64,000 bases of DNA, from positions 434,001-498,000 of the forward strand of contig NIVC01000023.1 in NCBI GenBank assembly GCA_002269645.1, in the 5' to 3' direction. Under the pieces are notes generated by a model. That model was not told where the DNA came from. It ran no database searches and was given only the letters and a program-made list of their open reading frames with translations. The DNA is from Macrostomum lignano (lineage: Eukaryota). Every line of letters begins with the position of its first letter. Within the stretch, counting starts at the first letter, position 1. Positions 63,896-64,000 of the stretch are shown one piece after another. The translations under genes were made by a program, and so were the position numbers.

Positions 63896-64000
63896 ACAAA
63901 TACTAGCAGTTATCCTTTATCTGTAAAAATATCTCAACAGAAATACGGAAACTTACACAAATGTACTATGAGACGAATAAATACATTTCTAAGAAAACCC

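Overview
Eukaryotic (animal) genomic DNA with spliceosomal GT-AG introns, TTAGGG-type tracts and many distinct minisatellites. The style resembles a free-living flatworm such as Macrostomum, but this is inference only. By manual splice and phase reconstruction I recover seven protein-coding genes: a 6-exon hypothetical protein (+, 11030-18432); a ZNRF3/RNF43-type PA-TM-RING E3 ligase (-, 22881-30272); NT5DC1 (+, 31352-32840); a Ral GTPase (+, 35501-39026); a small secreted prohormone-like precursor carrying a CC-x6-CC peptide that the ORF track largely misses (-, 48946-50366, 3' end unresolved); a single-exon 1152-aa coiled-coil/repeat protein, possibly ICE1 (-, 53917-57375); and a compact chromodomain-ankyrin-C-terminal-domain MPP8/MPHOSPH8 orthologue, the H3K9me reader of the HUSH complex (-, 59785-62261). 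Non-coding content includes about 30 different tandem arrays (most long introns carry their own), a tRNA-headed CORE-like SINE with an 11-bp TSD, three foldback/MITE-like hairpins, a frameshifted Gypsy/Ginger-like integrase remnant, a near-identical 1.8-kb duplication, a dispersed repeat family that appears to have spawned satellites, and a strongly CpG-depleted 5' region. Most long ORFs in the track are open frames through repeats and are rejected. Family assignments rest on remembered protein motifs; no database search was run.
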